Assembly: GCA_963727485.1 (NCBI GenBank)
Contig: CAVSGM010000002.1
Span: 1,312,001-1,376,000 of the forward strand
DNA: 64,000 nucleotides
Source of the DNA: an uncultured delta proteobacterium
Lineage (GTDB): Bacteria; Myxococcota; Myxococcia; SLRQ01
Reading direction: 5' to 3'
Below, one piece after another: positions 47,375 to 57,567 of this stretch (the first letter of the stretch is position 1; every line of letters starts with the position of its first letter). The position numbers and the translations under genes are program-made. The notes below the pieces were generated by a model, which did no database searches, was not told the DNA's origin, and saw only the letters and a program-made list of their open reading frames with translations.

Positions 47375-48982
47375 ATGCGCCGCATCGCCCCCGTCGTCCT
47401 CGCTGCCGCCGTCTTCCTCCTCCCCGCCGGGTGCGCCCACGCACCCAAGGGAGGCACCGCGGCCCCCACCAAGAAAGCCTCGCCCCAGGCCATCAAGCAG
47501 TTCGACCGGGTCCGGGCCGAGATCCACGCGGCCTTCGAGGCCATCCCCAAGAGCTACGGGGCCGACCCCGTCGGGGAGCTGGAGAAGATCGGGGAGGCCA
47601 CCAAGCGGATGCAGGCCGCCGAGGCCGCCCTCACCCCCGACCTCAAGGGGCTGGCGACCTACCCGACCCTGACCACCAACCTCGCCGCCCTGAAGCACAA
47701 GATCCAGGAGGCGACGCTCATCCAGCACTGCTCCGCGGCGCGGCGCCACATCCTCGAGCGCCACCACGCCGGCCACAAGGCCTCCACCCCCGAGCTCAAG
47801 ACCTTGAGCGACGCGGTGGCCGCCCTCGACGCCTTCGAGCCCAAGGCCGACAAGGACGTGGTGGTCCCGTGGAAGACCGAGCTGGCGCGCCTGGAGAAGG
47901 AGAACGACAAGATCGTTCCCCTGCGCACCCAGATCCCCGGGCCCCCCCGGACCCCGCCGGAGCAGGCGCGCTACGACGCCCACATGACCACCGCCTCCGC
48001 GGCGGCCAACAAGGCCCTGGCGGCGGTGGTCGCCGACGCCAAGAAGCCCGGGCCCCTGCCCGCCGCCGACCTCACCGCCCTGGCCACCGCCGCCGGGCAG
48101 GTCAAGTCGGTGGACCCCAAGGCCGCCCGCTACTACCTCCACCGCCTCGAGGCCTTCCACCTCGTCAGCGACCTGCGAGAGGGCAGCGCCGCCGGGGCCA
48201 AGGCCATGGCCGACCGCCTCGGCGGGACGGTGGCCAGGCAGGGGAAGACCCGGGGCCGGCGCCTGCGGGTGACGCTGAAGGGCGAGAAGGACACCTGCTA
48301 CACCCTCTTCGCCCCGGCGGGGACGAAGTTCCGCCCGGCGCGCGCCAAGGACGCCCACGGCTACACCATCGACGACGCCACCTACGACGGCCTCGCCGCC
48401 ACCGGCACCTGCCTCATGGGCGCCTCCTCGGTGCGCCTCGAGGCCGCCACCCCCCGCAAGGCGCCGTACGTGGTCGTGGCCATCCCCCGGGCGAAGATGC
48501 CGCTGTTCCTGGCCACCTACCTCGCCCTGAACCCCGGCGACCCCTGCAACCTCGCCCAGTGGAAGGACGAGTGGCTCCACCCCATCCCCGGCACCGTGGT
48601 CTGGGGCGGCGGCGAGCCCTACCTGGTGACCAAGGTCAGCCCCCCGGCGCAGAAGATCGTCGGGCTCACCACCACCAGCGGCGGCCACGTCCGGGCCACC
48701 AAGCTCCAGCTCGTCGACGACGCGCCCCCGACGGTGAAGTACGCCACCCCGGTGCTCTTCCCCGGGTGCGACGGCTCCCGGGCCCGGCCGGGGATCGACA
48801 GGAAGTTCACCGCCGCGGTCCAGGAGATCCGCCAGGCCTGGAGCACCCACCCGATCCGGGCGCCCTTCGATCGGGCCGGCGAGATGTACGACCACGGCCG
48901 CGCCTGGGTCAGCGGGCACAGCCCCGACGCCAAGGCCAAGAAGGCCGCGGCGCCGGCGAAGCAGGCCCCGGCCAAGAAGTAG
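47375..48982 (+). CDS. Hypothetical lipoprotein
   Basis: AAGGAG RBS; lipobox LPAGC; GC3-rich codons; no family recognised. Confidence 0.8.
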   Translation: MRRIAPVVLAAAVFLLPAGCAHAPKGGTAAPTKKASPQAIKQFDRVRAEIHAAFEAIPKSYGADPVGELEKIGEATKRMQAAEAALTPDLKGLATYPTLTTNLAALKHKIQEATLIQHCSAARRHILERHHAGHKASTPELKTLSDAVAALDAFEPKADKDVVVPWKTELARLEKENDKIVPLRTQIPGPPRTPPEQARYDAHMTTASAAANKALAAVVADAKKPGPLPAADLTALATAAGQVKSVDPKAARYYLHRLEAFHLVSDLREGSAAGAKAMADRLGGTVARQGKTRGRRLRVTLKGEKDTCYTLFAPAGTKFRPARAKDAHGYTIDDATYDGLAATGTCLMGASSVRLEAATPRKAPYVVVAIPRAKMPLFLATYLALNPGDPCNLAQWKDEWLHPIPGTVVWGGGEPYLVTKVSPPAQKIVGLTTTSGGHVRATKLQLVDDAPPTVKYATPVLFPGCDGSRARPGIDRKFTAAVQEIRQAWSTHPIRAPFDRAGEMYDHGRAWVSGHSPDAKAKKAAAPAKQAPAKK

Positions 48983-49240
48983 GCGGCCCTCGAGGCCGAC
49001 CTCGGCTCCCGGCAGACACCGGGGCCGCGCCCGCGGGGCGGCGGATTGACGGATCCCCGCCCCGCGTCGCGTTCCGTCGCCTGTGGCCGCCGTGCCCGGA
49101 GGGCGGGCCCTACTTGCCGGGCGGCGGCGGGGCGCGGGCCCCCGCCGGCGAGGCCGAGGGCGACCCCGGCGAGAAGGGCCAGCCGCCAGCCGGGACGGTG
49201 GCGAAACAGCGAGGCCATGGGCGTCTCCAGGGCGGGCGCT

Positions 49241-51082
49241 TCAGGCCGGCGGCGGCGCCGGCGGGGTCTCTAGCTGGGGTGCCTCGGCGGCGGGCTCCGC
49301 CTCGGCGTACATCGACTCGAGGATGTCGGCGAAGTGCGCGTCCACCACCCGCCGCTTGATCTTCAGGCTGGGGGTGAGCTCGCCGTCCTCCACGGTGAAG
49401 TCCCGGGGGAGGATCCGGAACTTGCGCACGTGCTCCACCCGGGCGAAGCGGGCGTTGACCGCGTCGACGCCCCGCTGCACCTCGGCGACCACCTGGGGGT
49501 GCCGGTGGAGCGCCTCGCCGGTGATCCCCTCGGCGGTGGCGAAGCGCGAGAGGGCCTCGGGGTCGAGGGTGAGAAGCGCCACCAGGTAGCGGCGCTTGTC
49601 CCCGTGGAGCACCGCCTGGCTGACCAGCGGGAGCTGCTTGAGGGCGTTCTCGATGTTCGCCGGGGCGATGTTCTTCCCGCCGGCGGTGATGATGATGTCC
49701 TTCTTGCGGCCGGTGATGTGGAGGAAGCCCTGGGCGTCGATGCGGCCGAGGTCCCCGGAGTGGAGCCAGCCGGCCTCGAGGGTCTCGGCGGTGAGCTCGG
49801 GGTCCTTGTAGTAGCCGAGGAAGACGTTGCGACCCCGGACCAGGATCTCGTCGTCCTCGGCGATGCGGATCTCGGTGCCGGGGAAGGGCGGGCCCACCGA
49901 CCCCAGGCGGGTGCGCCCGGGCTGGTTGAAGCTGGTGGGGCCGCAGTCCTCGCTCTGGCCGTAGACCTCCTGGACCACCAGGTCGATCCCGGTGAAGAAC
50001 TCGAGGACCTCCCGGGCGATGGGGGCGGCGCCGGAGACGCAGACCCGGGCCCGGTCGAGGCCGATGGCCTCCTTGACCTTCTGGAACACCAGGCGGTCGG
50101 CGACGCGGTACTCCCAGGCGAGGCGGCCGCGGGGCTCGACGCCCTGCACCGTCCCCGTGTGGACCCGGCGGCCCACCTCCTGGGACCAGCTGGCGATGCC
50201 CGCCTTGACCCCGCTGGCCTCCTTGAGCTTGGCGGCGATGCCCGCGTAGAGCTTCTCCCAGATCCGCGGCACCCCGAAGATCACCGTGGGCCGGACCTCC
50301 CGGAGGTTCGCCGCCACCTGCTCCAGGCTCTCGGCAAACGAGATCTTCATCCCCGCGGTGATGGCGATGTGGATGGTGAACATCTGCTCGGCGATGTGGG
50401 AGAGCGGCAGGTAGGAGAGCGCCGAGTCGTCGGCGCCGGTGTCGTTGAGCCGCTGGGCCTGGGCCGAGGTCCACGCCAGGTTGTCGTGGGAGAGCATCAC
50501 CGCCTTGGCCGGGCCGGTGGTCCCCGAGGTGTAGATGAGGGTCGCCAGCCCGCCCGGCTCGAGGGCCTCGAGGCGCGCGTCCACCGCCTCCTCGCCGATG
50601 CGGTCGCCCTCGGCGAGGAACTCGGTCCAGGTGAGGGCCTCGGGGTCGTCGATGGGCTCGCACTCCCGCATGAGCACGATGCGGTGGAGGCCCGGGGTCT
50701 CGGCGCGCTCGGCCTTCACCTTCTCGTACTGGTGGCGGTTCTCCACGAGCACCAGGCGCGAGTCGGAGTGGCGGAGGATGTAGCCGACCTCCTCGTGGGA
50801 GCAGGTGGTGTAGATGCCCGCCGGCGCGGCGCCGACCATCATCGCCGCCACGTCGAAGATCACCCACTCGGGGCGGTTGAACCCGAGGATGGAGACGAAG
50901 CCCCCGGGCTCGAGGCCCAGCGCGATCATCGCCCGGGCGGCGCGGCGGACCTCGTCGGCGTAGGCGCGCCAGGTCACCTCCACCCAGGCGCCACCGCGCT
51001 TGTGGGCGTAGGCGACCCGCTCGGGGCTGGTGCGGGCGCGGTCGAGCAGACGCTTGGGGATCGAGTCGATGGCCATGTTCAT
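49241..51082 (-). CDS. fadD: Long-chain fatty acid-CoA ligase (AMP-binding, FadD11-like)
   Basis: IYTSGTTG, YLPLSH, VYGQSE, GWLHSGDLG, GRKKD, ELTPSLKIKR. Confidence 0.92.
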   Translation of the reverse strand: MNMAIDSIPKRLLDRARTSPERVAYAHKRGGAWVEVTWRAYADEVRRAARAMIALGLEPGGFVSILGFNRPEWVIFDVAAMMVGAAPAGIYTTCSHEEVGYILRHSDSRLVLVENRHQYEKVKAERAETPGLHRIVLMRECEPIDDPEALTWTEFLAEGDRIGEEAVDARLEALEPGGLATLIYTSGTTGPAKAVMLSHDNLAWTSAQAQRLNDTGADDSALSYLPLSHIAEQMFTIHIAITAGMKISFAESLEQVAANLREVRPTVIFGVPRIWEKLYAGIAAKLKEASGVKAGIASWSQEVGRRVHTGTVQGVEPRGRLAWEYRVADRLVFQKVKEAIGLDRARVCVSGAAPIAREVLEFFTGIDLVVQEVYGQSEDCGPTSFNQPGRTRLGSVGPPFPGTEIRIAEDDEILVRGRNVFLGYYKDPELTAETLEAGWLHSGDLGRIDAQGFLHITGRKKDIIITAGGKNIAPANIENALKQLPLVSQAVLHGDKRRYLVALLTLDPEALSRFATAEGITGEALHRHPQVVAEVQRGVDAVNARFARVEHVRKFRILPRDFTVEDGELTPSLKIKRRVVDAHFADILESMYAEAEPAAEAPQLETPPAPPPA

Positions 51083-51184
51083 CCTCCGGCAGGTTTCCGC
51101 ACGTTATTGGCGCCCGGCGAGCGGGGCCAGGGGGCCGGCGGCGATCGGTCGCGGTTTCCTCGGGCCTTACCCGTCTCCCCGGGC

Positions 51185-51216
51185 CGTTGACGACTCGCTG
51201 CGTCAACGCCTAGGGT
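51185..51216. promoter_or_regulatory. Perfect palindrome overlapping the -35 of a sigma70-like lipase promoter
   Basis: CGTTGACG-N8-CGTCAACG 51185-51208; TTGACG-N18-TAGGGT. Confidence 0.65.
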
Positions 51217-51226
51217 CGCCGCCACC

Positions 51227-52405
51227 GTGGGACGCCACTCGCCGAGGGGAGCCCGTCACCTGGGGGCCTTTGGCCTCGCCGTCCTCGCCGCCTGCGCCCT
51301 GGCCCTCGCCGGCTGCGGCGACGGCGCGGTGCTCACCCACACCGCGCCCCCGGGCCCGGACTCGGGGGGCGCCTGGAACGCCGGCGGCGACGGCGGCGGG
51401 CAGGCCGGGACCTTCCACCCGGTGGGGCCCATCGACCGCCCCCTGGCACCTCCGTCGGCCGGCGGCGGCACCGGCGGCACCGGGACCGGCGGCGACACGG
51501 GTGGTGGCGACCCCGCGGGCCACGGCCCCCCCTACCCCATCGTCCTGGTCCACGGGATGGGCGGCTTCGACACCCTGCGCCACCTGGGCCTCGGCTACTT
51601 CAACGGCGTCCGGACGACCTCCTCGCCCACGGGGTCAAGGACGTGTTCGTCACCGAGACCTCGCCCTACGACACCAGCGAGGTGCGGGCGAAGGAGCTCC
51701 AGGCCCAGATCGCCGACGATCCTCGCCAAGACCGGCGCCGCCAAGGTCGACCTCGTGGCCCACAGCCAGGGGGGCCTCGACGCGCGGATCCTCGCCAGCC
51801 CCGGGGGCCTCGGCGAGGCCTCGGAGATCGCCTCGATCACCATGATCGGCACCCCCAACCGGGGCACCCCCGTCGCCGACCTGGTGATGACGGCGCTGCG
51901 GAGCCCCTTCGGCGGGATCCTCGATCGGCTGACGGACGCGGTGCTCATGCTCCTCGAGCGCTCGGTCTACGACCTCAAGACCGACCCCAGGCTCCGGGCC
52001 CAGGTCGCCGAGCTGACCACCCGCCACATGACGAAGGTGTTCAACGCCGAGTACCCGGACGCCCCGGGGGTCGCGTACATGAGCTACGCCGGGCGCACCA
52101 ACTTCGAGACCGGGATCGGCGCCTGCGCCGGCTCGTTCTACCCCAACGAGCCGACGCAGCTCGACGCCGCCCAGGTGCCGCTCTTCCCCACGGCCCTCTA
52201 CCTCCAGGGGCTCACCGGCCGGGCCAACGACGGGATGGTGCCGGTGTCGAGCGCCCGGTGGGGCACCTTCCTGCGCTGCATCCCCGCGGACCACGGCCGG
52301 GAGGTCGGGCAGATCGACCTCACCGGCCCGGACCCCCTCACCGGCTTCGACCACCTGGCGTTCTACCGGCGGGTGGTGTCGCGACTGCGGGCCATGGGCT
52401 TCTAG
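51227..52405 (+). CDS. Lipoprotein triacylglycerol lipase-like alpha/beta hydrolase (compensating frameshifts ~51610 and ~51715)
   Basis: Lipobox LAGC; YPIVLVHG; AHSQGG; TPNRG; NDGMV; DH. Confidence 0.85.
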   Translation: MGRHSPRGARHLGAFGLAVLAACALALAGCGDGAVLTHTAPPGPDSGGAWNAGGDGGGQAGTFHPVGPIDRPLAPPSAGGGTGGTGTGGDTGGGDPAGHGPPYPIVLVHGMGGFDTLRHLGLGYFNGVRTTSSPTGSRTCSSPRPRPTTPARCGRRSSRPRSPTILAKTGAAKVDLVAHSQGGLDARILASPGGLGEASEIASITMIGTPNRGTPVADLVMTALRSPFGGILDRLTDAVLMLLERSVYDLKTDPRLRAQVAELTTRHMTKVFNAEYPDAPGVAYMSYAGRTNFETGIGACAGSFYPNEPTQLDAAQVPLFPTALYLQGLTGRANDGMVPVSSARWGTFLRCIPADHGREVGQIDLTGPDPLTGFDHLAFYRRVVSRLRAMGF

Positions 52406-53040
52406 CGCCGGCGCCGGCGGGCGAGCGGCAGCTCGAGCTGGGCCGCGGCCGCCGCCGGGGCGCGCCTCGCCGCCGGGCGCGCCGGGGCCCGCGCCCCACC
52501 GGAGCGGGGCACCGCCTCGGCCTTCCGGGTCGCCCGCCGCCGCGCCGGCGCCACCGCCAGCAGCTGGCGGGCGAGGCTCGACTCCCGGCGGAAGAAGCCC
52601 TCGGTGTGGAAGGAGTCGGCGAGCTGGAGCAGCTCGTAGTCGAGGTGGTGGCAGACCTCGTGGAGCAACGTGCGCAGGAAGGTCCGCGGCGCCACCACCC
52701 GGCCGCGGGCTGCGGTGCGCATCCACACCCGGATCACCGGCCGCTCGCCCTCGACGCGCTCGTAGAGGCCGTGGAGCTCCGCCGACGCCGACGCCGGGCG
52801 CCTCGTGAGGATGCGCACGGTGACCCCGGAAACCTCGAGCTCCCGGCAGAGCGCGGAGGTGAGCCGCCGCGCCGCCCGCTCCACCTCCCGGCGGTCGCCG
52901 AGGGCGAGGGCGTCGAAGATCGCCGCCACCTGCGCGCCGTGTCGCGCGGGGTCCGCGAGGAGCACGTCGGCCACCGCGTCACTGTGCCGGTAGATGGCCT
53001 GCTCACGCCGGGTGAGCCGATGGTAGTAGGCGTAGCGCAT
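52402..53040 (-). CDS. Hypothetical protein with HEXXH zinc-metallopeptidase-like motif
   Basis: ELHGLY...IRVWMRTA...RTLLHEVCHHLDY....DSFHT.GF. Confidence 0.7.
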   Translation of the reverse strand: MRYAYYHRLTRREQAIYRHSDAVADVLLADPARHGAQVAAIFDALALGDRREVERAARRLTSALCRELEVSGVTVRILTRRPASASAELHGLYERVEGERPVIRVWMRTAARGRVVAPRTFLRTLLHEVCHHLDYELLQLADSFHTEGFFRRESSLARQLLAVAPARRRATRKAEAVPRSGGARAPARPAARRAPAAAAAQLELPLARRRRR

Positions 53041-53181
53041 CCTCGGGGTGCCCCATCCGGCAGGGTGGCGCGGGCGGGGATCCCGGGCAAGAGGTGGGGC
53101 GTTCCCCCGTGCGCTCAAGGGGCCGGAACCAGGGGCGCCGGGCGGTGAGAAATCTCCCGGGCCCCCGGGTGCGGCCGCCGG

Positions 53182-55578
53182 CTACGGCCCCAGGGCCGGG
53201 AAGAAGCCGGGGAAGACGCCGATCGCAAAGCTCTGGCCGGAGCTGCCGGGGCCCCCGTTGGGCGCGCCAATCAGCACGGTGCTCGCCGGCGCGACCAGGG
53301 AGGCGCTCTGGGGCTGGAGCGTCGGCGTGATCAGGGGGATCGGGCCCGAGCCGTCGGCGGGGAGGAGGACCATCTGGGGCCCGAGACCGCCGGCGCCGAA
53401 GGTGCCCCCGAAGGCCGAGAAGACCTGGAGGCCCGGGTAGGTGGTCACGGTTCCGGAAGTGCCGTCGATGACGTAGGTGACCGCCGGGCTCTGCGTGCTC
53501 AGGGCGCCGACCGGCATGGGGGTCCCCGTGGTGGGATCGCCGGGGTTGCCTGCGATCGACATCGGGGTCCCCGGCGCGATCGGGAGGTCCACCGCCGCCG
53601 AGGCGCCGACGCGGGCGGCGAGCTTCCCGGTCGAGGGACGGGTCCACACGACCATGCCCCAGCGGACATGGCTGCTGCCCGCCTGGTAGTCGGTGTCCAC
53701 GCTCGGGGCCGCGCCGCCCTGGAAGACCAGCCGCCGCGCCGGGGTCGACTCGTCGAAGGCGACGAAGGTGTCGCCGGACACGAAGGTGCCGTGGAGGCTG
53801 GTGCCTTGGACCTCTGTCCCGGCGAAGGGCGCGGCGGTCAGGCCCACGTACATCCCGGTGAGGGCCTGGTTGATGAACGCCAGCTCGCTGCCGTCGGGGC
53901 TCACGTACACGCGGGGCGCAGGGTAGGGCGCCGCGACGGTCTTCCCGGTGCGCGCGTCCAGCAGGTAGCTCCCGGTGCCGCCGGCCGGGTCCACGAGGAT
54001 CGTCCAGGGACCGTCACTGGTGTAGATCGGGTTGTCGGTGGCGGTGTACGCCGAGCCGTCGGGGAGGGTGACGGGGAGGGTGGCGGTGGCGCCCGGGGTC
54101 AGGTCGACCACGGGGCAGCCGGCGGCGTTCGCACAGGTGGTGATGGCCAGCATCGCGGTGCCGCCCATGTCGGGCGAGGAGCCGGCCTGGAAGGTCCCCC
54201 CGACCCCGTCGAAGATCTTGGAGGTGATGCCGGCGCCGCTCACCCGCGCCCAGGTCTGGGCGCCACTGGCGCTCGCGGTCTCGACCAGGAAGGCGGCGGG
54301 ACCCACCTGCTGGATGGAGCTGCCGGCCGTGGGGGTCATCTTGCCGGTGGCGAGCTCCAGCCGGTCCACGCCGCTGTCCCCCATGACCAGCAGCGACTTG
54401 CCGTCCTGGGCGAAGACCAGCTCGTGGGGGTTGCTCACGTCCACCGGCGCGGTCACCACCGTCCCGGTGGCGATCGAGGTCACGTAGACGGCGCCGGAGG
54501 TGTAGAGGGCAACCTGCTTGCCCTGGGGGTCGAGCACCGGCCGGGGCTGCACCGGGCCATCGAGGGCCGCGATGGGGTGGAGCGCCAGGGTGTCGAGGTC
54601 GACGGCGTAGAGCCAGAAGCCCCCCGGTCCCTGCTGGTAGAGCAGCACCCGCCCCCCGGCATCGAGCGGGCCGTTGATGAAGGGGCCGTCGTTCTGAGCC
54701 GTCGTCCAGTCGGTGCTGCCGCCACCGGGCAGCGGCCGGTACATCGACATCACCTTCGGCGCCAGCGCCACCGTCTGCCCGGAGACCACGTGCGCCTGGC
54801 CCAGGGTCTGCTCGGGGTAGTGGGTCGCGGTGGCGTCGATCCGGTAGGTCCCGGGCGGGAGATCGAGGCTGAAGGTTCCGTCGGGGTTCGGCTGGGCGGT
54901 GGCGGTGGTGCCCACCGCGGTGAGGGTGATGGTCGAGGCGTCGGCGGCCAGCGGGTAGGTCACGGTGCCGGTCACCGTCCCCGGCTCCGGGGCCGGGGGC
55001 GGCGGCGGCGGGGCGGCGAGGGTGAGGCTCGCGGTCGCGGTCGCCCCCCGCTTCACGGTCACCTGCGCGGTCCCGGTCACCCGGTCGGCGCCGGTGCCGA
55101 GGCTCGCCATCACCGTCTGCGCCCCGGTGAGGACCCGATCCAGGCTGAAGGCGCCGGTGGCGTCGGTGCTCGCCGCCCGGTCGGTCCCCAGGAGGCGCAC
55201 CTCGGCGCCCTCGGCGGGGTTGCCCGACGCGTCGACCACCGTGCCGGTGAGGGCGCCCACGGCGGTGAAGGTCAGGGTGGGCACGGTCACCGCGGTCTTG
55301 CCCACGCTCACCACCACCTGGGCGTGCCGCTCCAGGGTGCCGGGGACGTCGGCGGAGAGGACGTAGGCGCCCTCGACCACCTTGGTGAAGGCGAAGTGCC
55401 CCGACCCGTCGGTGGTCGCGGCCTGCGTGGTCGGGCCCGCGAGCCCCAGGGTCACCCCGGTCACCGGGGTGCCGTCGGCGAAGTCCACCTTGCCGTTCAC
55501 CGTGCCGTCGGCCGCGACGCCGCCGCAGCCGGCGACGAGCACACCCAGCCCCACAACCCACGCGAGTCGCGTCCTCAT
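53182..55578 (-). CDS. Large lipoprotein: carboxypeptidase-regulatory-like (Ig/prealbumin) repeats plus probable beta-propeller
   Basis: Lipobox VAGC; three G.V.G...TD..G.F repeats; xPDG-type propeller motifs. Confidence 0.75.
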   Translation of the reverse strand: MRTRLAWVVGLGVLVAGCGGVAADGTVNGKVDFADGTPVTGVTLGLAGPTTQAATTDGSGHFAFTKVVEGAYVLSADVPGTLERHAQVVVSVGKTAVTVPTLTFTAVGALTGTVVDASGNPAEGAEVRLLGTDRAASTDATGAFSLDRVLTGAQTVMASLGTGADRVTGTAQVTVKRGATATASLTLAAPPPPPPAPEPGTVTGTVTYPLAADASTITLTAVGTTATAQPNPDGTFSLDLPPGTYRIDATATHYPEQTLGQAHVVSGQTVALAPKVMSMYRPLPGGGSTDWTTAQNDGPFINGPLDAGGRVLLYQQGPGGFWLYAVDLDTLALHPIAALDGPVQPRPVLDPQGKQVALYTSGAVYVTSIATGTVVTAPVDVSNPHELVFAQDGKSLLVMGDSGVDRLELATGKMTPTAGSSIQQVGPAAFLVETASASGAQTWARVSGAGITSKIFDGVGGTFQAGSSPDMGGTAMLAITTCANAAGCPVVDLTPGATATLPVTLPDGSAYTATDNPIYTSDGPWTILVDPAGGTGSYLLDARTGKTVAAPYPAPRVYVSPDGSELAFINQALTGMYVGLTAAPFAGTEVQGTSLHGTFVSGDTFVAFDESTPARRLVFQGGAAPSVDTDYQAGSSHVRWGMVVWTRPSTGKLAARVGASAAVDLPIAPGTPMSIAGNPGDPTTGTPMPVGALSTQSPAVTYVIDGTSGTVTTYPGLQVFSAFGGTFGAGGLGPQMVLLPADGSGPIPLITPTLQPQSASLVAPASTVLIGAPNGGPGSSGQSFAIGVFPGFFPALGP

Positions 55579-55662
55579 GCCAATCCCTTCCCGTTGGTGG
55601 GACCGGCACCCCCGCCGGCGCCCTTGGTGGTGCGGGGACAATGGGGCAGCGGCCCGGCCGGG

Positions 55663-56351
55663 TCAAATCCCCCGGGTACGCGGCTTCGGAACCAGGGGCG
55701 CGGGGAGGGGAAAGACCTCCCCGCCCCAGGCCATGAAGGCGGCGCCGGGCTCGCGCCACATCACCAGCCCCTCGAGGAACGCCGGCCAGGCCCTCGGGGC
55801 CGGGGCTCGAAGCCGGCGAGCCACCCGGCGACGACGATGACCACCCCGTCGTGGGTCACGTGGGCGTCGACGCGGCCGGGCTCCGGGGGATCGGCCAGCA
55901 GGCTCTCGACCACCAGGCCCACGCCCTCGGCGGTGGGGCGCAGGCCCGGGAGGGGGCCCGGGTCGACCACCTGGCGGCGGGCCGCGCCCATGGCGCCGGT
56001 GTCCCGGAACTCGGCCCAGGCGGCGACCGGGTCGAGGAGGAACGGGCCGGGGTTCCCGAGGACCACCCGGGGCGCCACCCGCGGGGCGACGCCGGCGCCC
56101 GCGGCCAGCGCCTCGGCGGTCTGGCGGCACCGGCCCACCGGGCTGGTGTAGAGCCGCGCGAGGCGGGGGCCGAGGACGGCGCCGAAGGCCCGGGCGTCGG
56201 CGTGGCCGTCGTCGGTGAGCAGCACCGTGTCGCCGTCCACGCCAGGGGGGATCGCGGGCCGCTCGGCGTGACGCAGGAGCAGCGCGGCGCCGGCGCCGGA
56301 CGGGACCCTTGCGAGGCTGGCCAGGGTGGACTCGGGGACCGGAGAGCTCAT
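55663..56351 (-). CDS. Histidine phosphatase family protein (frameshift ~55795)
   Basis: LLRHAER; YTSPV.RC.QTA; VTHD. Confidence 0.75.
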
Positions 56352-56404
56352 CAGGTCAATCGCAGGCTACACCCGGGGGCCGGAGCCGGGTAGGATCGGC
56401 GGCC

Positions 56405-57424
56405 ATGTCCCGCATCAACCCCCTGGCCAAGGAGATCTCCGCCAAGATCGTCTACTACGGGCCGGGGCTCTCCGGTAAGACCACGACCCTCCAGGCGATC
56501 CACCACGCCATCAAGCCCGAGCGCCGGGGCGAGCTGGTGTCGCTGGCCACCGAGGGCGACCGGACGATCTTCTTCGACTTCCTGCCGGTGGTGGTCGACC
56601 GGGTCCAGGGGATGCCGCTGCGGCTGCAGCTCTACACCGTCCCCGGGCAGGTCTACTACGCGGCGACCCGGAAGCTGGTGCTCAACGGCGCCGACGGGGT
56701 GGTCTTCGTCGCCGACAGCCAGGCGGCGGCCATGGACCAGAACCGGACCGCGCTCGCCGACCTCGAGGCGAACCTCCGGGAGCTGGGCATCGCCCTCGAC
56801 CAGTTCCCCCTGGTCATCCAGTACAACAAGCGCGACCTCCCCGGGGTGCTCCCGGTGGCCGACCTCGCCGCCGAGCTCAACCCGAGGGGCGTCCCCGGCT
56901 TCGAGACCTGCGCCCCCAAGGGCACCGGGGTCTTCGACGCCCTCAAGGCCATCGTCCGGGCGGTGGTCCTCGACCTGCGCGCGCGGCAGCGTGCCGCCGA
57001 GGCCCGCCCCACCCCCGCCGAGGCCTTCACCGGCCGGCACCCCGGCGAGGGGCTGGCCGCCGAGGCCGCCGCCGAGGCCGAGCGCCGCAGCGAGCCCGAG
57101 GAGGTCCCGGCCTTCTCCTTCGCGGCCCTCTGGGGCGGAGACCCCGCGGCGGTCCTCGAGGTCGAGGACCACCTCCGCGAGCGCGCCTTCGGCCCGGCGG
57201 TGCGCACCGCCGCGGCGATCCTCTCGCGGCTCCTCGACCAGCTGCCCGGGGCCACCGTCGAGGACGGGCCCATGACCCGGGCGAGCCTCCTGGGCCTCGA
57301 CGGCCGGGAGTACCTGCGCCTGTGCCGGCTGGCCTCCACCCCCGACGAGGCGGTGGGCGAGCCCGACGCCCTCTTCGCCCTCTACGTGCTCCTCGCCGCC
57401 CGGCTCAAGGCCCAGGCGATCTGA
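56405..57424 (+). CDS. MglA-family small GTPase with C-terminal extension
   Basis: KIVYYGPGLSGKTT; ATEGDRTIFFDFLP; YTVPGQ; DGVVFVADS; NKRD. Confidence 0.9.
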   Translation: MSRINPLAKEISAKIVYYGPGLSGKTTTLQAIHHAIKPERRGELVSLATEGDRTIFFDFLPVVVDRVQGMPLRLQLYTVPGQVYYAATRKLVLNGADGVVFVADSQAAAMDQNRTALADLEANLRELGIALDQFPLVIQYNKRDLPGVLPVADLAAELNPRGVPGFETCAPKGTGVFDALKAIVRAVVLDLRARQRAAEARPTPAEAFTGRHPGEGLAAEAAAEAERRSEPEEVPAFSFAALWGGDPAAVLEVEDHLRERAFGPAVRTAAAILSRLLDQLPGATVEDGPMTRASLLGLDGREYLRLCRLASTPDEAVGEPDALFALYVLLAARLKAQAI

Positions 57425-57567
57425 AGCCGGCGGCCTTGCCGGCGCCGGGCGGGCGCGGGCGGGCGTGGGCCGGCGCCGGGCGGGCCCGGGCGAAGGGGCC
57501 CGGGGCCGGTGGGGCGATCCCCGGGGCGCGTTGCCCGAGGCGCTGCGGTCCCTATTCATTAGGGACC

